Below, piece after piece: positions 61,107 to 64,000 of a stretch of DNA of 64,000 bases. The notes beneath the pieces are model-generated. The model saw nothing but the letters and a program-made list of their open reading frames with translations. It was not told the DNA's origin and ran no database searches. Position 1 is the stretch's first letter; the number at the start of each line of letters is the position of its first letter. The DNA comes from an uncultured Chloroflexia bacterium (lineage in GTDB: Bacteria > Chloroflexota > Limnocylindria > Limnocylindrales > CSP1-4). The position numbers and the translations under genes were made by a program. Where the stretch lies: the NCBI GenBank assembly GCA_963741915.1, contig CAVUJW010000023.1, positions 310,968 through 374,967 of the forward strand, written 5' to 3'.

Positions 61107-61669
61107 GAGCGTGGCAGCTGGACGATCTCGCGGCCGCTGGCGGCCCAGGCCTCCATCCCGCCGTCGAGGTTCTCGATGTGGGTGTAGCCCAGATCGAGCA
61201 GCGTCTGGGACGCGATGGCGCTCTCGTTCCCCGACCGGCAGTAGACCACGATCGGGGCGGCACGATCGGCCGGGAGCTCGCCGGCGCGCGCGGCGAGATC
61301 CGTGTACGGGATGTACAGGTCGGTGCCCCGGATCTCCCCGATGTACGGGGTCTTGACGTCGAGCAGCGTGAAGTCCTTGTGCTTGAGCTTGCTCGCCAGG
61401 GTGTCCGAGGTGATGTTGGTCCAGCTGCCGCCGTTGGCCCGGACGAGGGTGCCTTCGGAGCTCCCGGACGACCCGCCCAGGACCGCGATCCCCACCGCCA
61501 CGGCAACGACCGCGACCACGACGAGGCCGACGATCCACGCCCACGTCCCGCGCGCGCTGCCCGCGGAGCCGCGAGCCCCGCCGGCTGGCCGCCGGTTGGC
61601 CGCCCGCGAGCCGCGTGCCTGGGTTCGCGACCCCGCACCCGGTCTGGTCCCTGGCTTGGTGCCTGCCAT
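61103..61669 (-). CDS. membrane-anchored single-domain rhodanese
   Basis: 188 aa in the tail of track ORF 61103..62194. One TM segment (WAWIVGLVVVAVVAVAVGIAVL), then FTLLDVKTP...IVVYCRSGNESAIASQTLLDLGY (active-site loop CRSGNES). Confidence 0.8.
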   Translation of the reverse strand: MAGTKPGTRPGAGSRTQARGSRAANRRPAGGARGSAGSARGTWAWIVGLVVVAVVAVAVGIAVLGGSSGSSEGTLVRANGGSWTNITSDTLASKLKHKDFTLLDVKTPYIGEIRGTDLYIPYTDLAARAGELPADRAAPIVVYCRSGNESAIASQTLLDLGYTHIENLDGGMEAWAASGREIVQLPRS

Positions 61670-62054
61670 CGTCCCGTCCTTCGTACCCGGATCTCGCGGG
61701 GCCGGCGGCCCCGCCCAAGACAGCCTGAGCGCCCGATCGATCGGCCCATCCGGCCGTCGACCGGGGGCCACGCTAGCGTTAGTTGCGTAATTGCGCAAGT
61801 ACCGAAGCTCCCCTCCTTCCCGTGTCGGGCCGGGGCGGGTCCGGGGGGGTCCGGGTGGGTGCCGGGACCTTCGGATGACCGCCGCCCGGACCAACCGTTG
61901 GTGTCGTCCGGGAGCGTCACCGTCGACCATGCCGGGTACCGGGGATGCCGTCATGGGGCGGGGGGACCGCGGCCGCGGTCCGAACGTCCGCATGCCGCGG
62001 GCCGAATGTCCGGACTCGGACCGTCGTCGCGCGAGAGCTGGGAGCTTGGGACAC

Positions 62055-62540
62055 GTGGACACCAACGGGATCGCCGCACCCGACGGCTGGCAGGACGCCC
62101 TGACCGGCATCGACGGCCCCGCCCTGTGGGAGCGCGTGGTGGTGGCCGAGGTTGCCAGGTCGCTTCGGTACCAGCGGCCGCTCACGGTCGTCATCGTCGA
62201 GCTGGACGGCGTGGACCGGCTCGCCGCCGAATGGGGATCCGACGTCGGGCGGCATGCGCTTCACGATGCCGCGCAGTGCCTGCGCCGCATGTCCCGCACC
62301 AGTGATCATTGCGCCCGGATCGGCCCGACGAGGTTCGGGGTGGTGCTGACCGAGACCGACGAGATCGCGGCCATCAACTTCGTGGAGCGGATCCGTGAGA
62401 CGGCTCCGCGCCTCCTGCCCCGTTCCGGCGCGGGCCTGCGGCTGAGCTTCGGCTGGGCCAGCCCGCGGCTCGGCGAGGCGCCCGAGTCGCTGGTGCTGCG
62501 CGCCGAACAGCGACTCCGCGCGGAGCTCGCCCACCGCTAG
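62055..62540 (+). CDS. GGDEF-domain protein with a degenerate active-site motif
   Basis: DALTGIDGPALWERVV...PLTVVIVELDGVDRL...ARIGPTRFGVVL (RIGPTRF in place of RxGGDEF). The start is uncertain (GTG 62055 or ATG 61992). Confidence 0.6.
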   Translation: MDTNGIAAPDGWQDALTGIDGPALWERVVVAEVARSLRYQRPLTVVIVELDGVDRLAAEWGSDVGRHALHDAAQCLRRMSRTSDHCARIGPTRFGVVLTETDEIAAINFVERIRETAPRLLPRSGAGLRLSFGWASPRLGEAPESLVLRAEQRLRAELAHR

Positions 62541-62558
62541 CGCCGCGGCGCAGCCCGG

Positions 62559-63950
62559 TCAATGGGCCGCGATCCGCTCCGCCAGGCTGCGGCCGCTGGG
62601 CGGACGGCCGGTGCGGGCCGTCTGCTCATCGAGCCGTCCGATCGCCCACTGCGCGTAGCGGACGCCGATCCAGCGGAACGGCTCGACCTCCCAGTCGCGT
62701 GACCGATGGTTGACCAGCGGCAGCTCGGTCAGCGGGCTGGACGTGCCGGTGATCAGGTCGGTGAGCGTCCGTCCGGCGAGGTTCGCGGTCGACACCCCGT
62801 GCCCGATGTAGCCGCGCGCGGTGGCGATCCCGGTCGCGGGATCGAACGCCATCGTCGGATGCCAGTCGCGCGGCATCCCGAGCGGTCCGCCCCAGGCGTG
62901 GCTGAACCGGATCCCGGCCAGTGACGGGAACCAGTCGCGAACGAAGGCGCGCAGCCGCTGATGGGTCGGGTCGTGGTGGTCGTATTCCGGGCGGATCGGC
63001 GACCCGAAGCGATACGGTGCCCCTCGCCCGCCGAACAGGATCCGGCCATCCTCGGTCCGCGACAGGTAGTCGATCGACAGCCGCGTGGATGCCACGACCT
63101 GCCGGTTGCTCCAGCCGATCCCGGCCCACTGCCCGTCGCTGAGGGGCTCGGTGAGGACGATCAGCGACCACAGCGGCACGAGCTGCCGGTGGAGCGGCGC
63201 CAGCTCGCTCAGGTACGCCTCCCCCGCCAGGACCACGACCGGGGCCCGAACGTCGCCGCGGGCCGTGACGAGCGTCGCGCGGCCGCTCGCGTCGCGCGCC
63301 CGGAAGCCCGTCACGGCCGTGCCCTCCACGATCCGGACGCCCGCCCGTTCGGCGGCCCGGGCCAGCCCGCGCACCAGCCGTCCCGGGTGGACGACCGCGG
63401 CGTCGTCGCTCACCAGCCCGCGGACCGCGCCCGCGATCCGGATCCGCTCCGCGACCCCCGCCGCGTCGACGAGCCGGTACCGGTCGCCGAAGCCGAACCG
63501 CGCGTACTCCTCGAACGAGGCCTCGAGCGCGGGCACCCCGTGTGACCCGCGCGCGACGATCACCTCACCGCCCTTGTGGAACCCGGCGTCGATGCCGGCC
63601 TCGACGCACGCGCGGCCGACCTCGTCCACCGCGTCGTAGGTGGCCTGCTGGGTGCGGCGCGCGGCGTCCTCGCCGTGGAGCGCGGCGAGGCGGCTCATGG
63701 AGATGTTGAGGTCCGGGGCGCACCACCCGCCGTTGCGGCCCGAGGCGCCGAACCCGGCGATCTCGCGCTCCACGATCACGATCCGCAGGGACGGGTCGCG
63801 CCGCGCCAGGTACCAGGCCGTCCACAGGCCGGTCAGCCCGGCACCCAGGATCGCGACGTCGGCCTCGGTCGAGCCGTCCAGCGGGGGCCGGGGGCCGAGA
63901 TCGTCCCGGGCAGTCTCGAGCCAGTAGGACACGGCAGCGTGATCGGTCAC
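62559..63950 (-). CDS. FAD-dependent oxidoreductase (DAO family, gamma-glutamylputrescine oxidase-like)
   Basis: 463-aa ORF. ADVAILGAGLTGLWTAWYLARR and FGASGRNGGW. Confidence 0.82.
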   Translation of the reverse strand: MTDHAAVSYWLETARDDLGPRPPLDGSTEADVAILGAGLTGLWTAWYLARRDPSLRIVIVEREIAGFGASGRNGGWCAPDLNISMSRLAALHGEDAARRTQQATYDAVDEVGRACVEAGIDAGFHKGGEVIVARGSHGVPALEASFEEYARFGFGDRYRLVDAAGVAERIRIAGAVRGLVSDDAAVVHPGRLVRGLARAAERAGVRIVEGTAVTGFRARDASGRATLVTARGDVRAPVVVLAGEAYLSELAPLHRQLVPLWSLIVLTEPLSDGQWAGIGWSNRQVVASTRLSIDYLSRTEDGRILFGGRGAPYRFGSPIRPEYDHHDPTHQRLRAFVRDWFPSLAGIRFSHAWGGPLGMPRDWHPTMAFDPATGIATARGYIGHGVSTANLAGRTLTDLITGTSSPLTELPLVNHRSRDWEVEPFRWIGVRYAQWAIGRLDEQTARTGRPPSGRSLAERIAAH

Positions 63951-64000
63951 GGCGCGATGGTAGCGAGGCGGCCGCCGCGTATCCTGTCGGGCGTGGCATC

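Overview
64-kb window of a high-GC bacterial chromosome. Gene content (F420/deazaflavin-type reductases, LAL regulators, dnaG-rpoD) fits Actinomycetota or Chloroflexota, but I cannot assign it further. No rRNA and no CRISPR array were seen. There is one tRNA (Asn-GTT) and one IS1182-like element.

Layout, left to right:
1. 1-5.2 kb: sugar ABC importer, LacI regulator and a P-loop kinase.
2. 5.4-16 kb: two tandem paralogous cassettes, each with a large LuxR-type (LAL/MalT-like) regulator, an uncharacterised ~80-aa protein, a deazaflavin-type reductase and a 4-TM protein. They are followed by a further small-protein/membrane/SRPBCC operon.
3. 16-31.2 kb: accessory, partly decayed DNA ending at tRNA-Asn. 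It holds an unassigned gap, the IS1182-like element, HNH and ATPase remnants, two AbiEi/AbiEii modules, a third LAL cassette and a ~773-aa NERD/PD-(D/E)xK-like gene. A 15-nt direct repeat of the tRNA 3' end lies 9.5 kb away.
4. 31.3-37.3 kb: rhodanese, sulfotransferase, rpoD and dnaG.
5. 37.7-48.2 kb: copper/thiol-redox genes, a TetR/FMO pair, a two-component system and an ars-like cluster.
6. 48.2-57.9 kb: a long minus-strand operon joining TusA and two DsrE-family genes to MvhD, two HdrA-like flavoproteins (one with an inserted GltD/NfnB-like module), a small wHTH protein, a QmoC-like membrane FeS protein and a hemerythrin.
7. 58-64 kb: a second two-component system, a rhodanese plus CPVC membrane pair, a degenerate GGDEF protein and an FAD oxidase.

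Best candidates for new biology:
- the Qmo/Hdr-like plus TusA/DsrE operon;
- the AbiE plus NERD-like three-gene unit at tRNA-Asn;
- the recurring LAL plus small-protein cassettes.

Caveat: I see at least 11 single-nucleotide reading-frame breaks, three of them in rpoD. Assembly indel errors must be excluded before any pseudogene claim.
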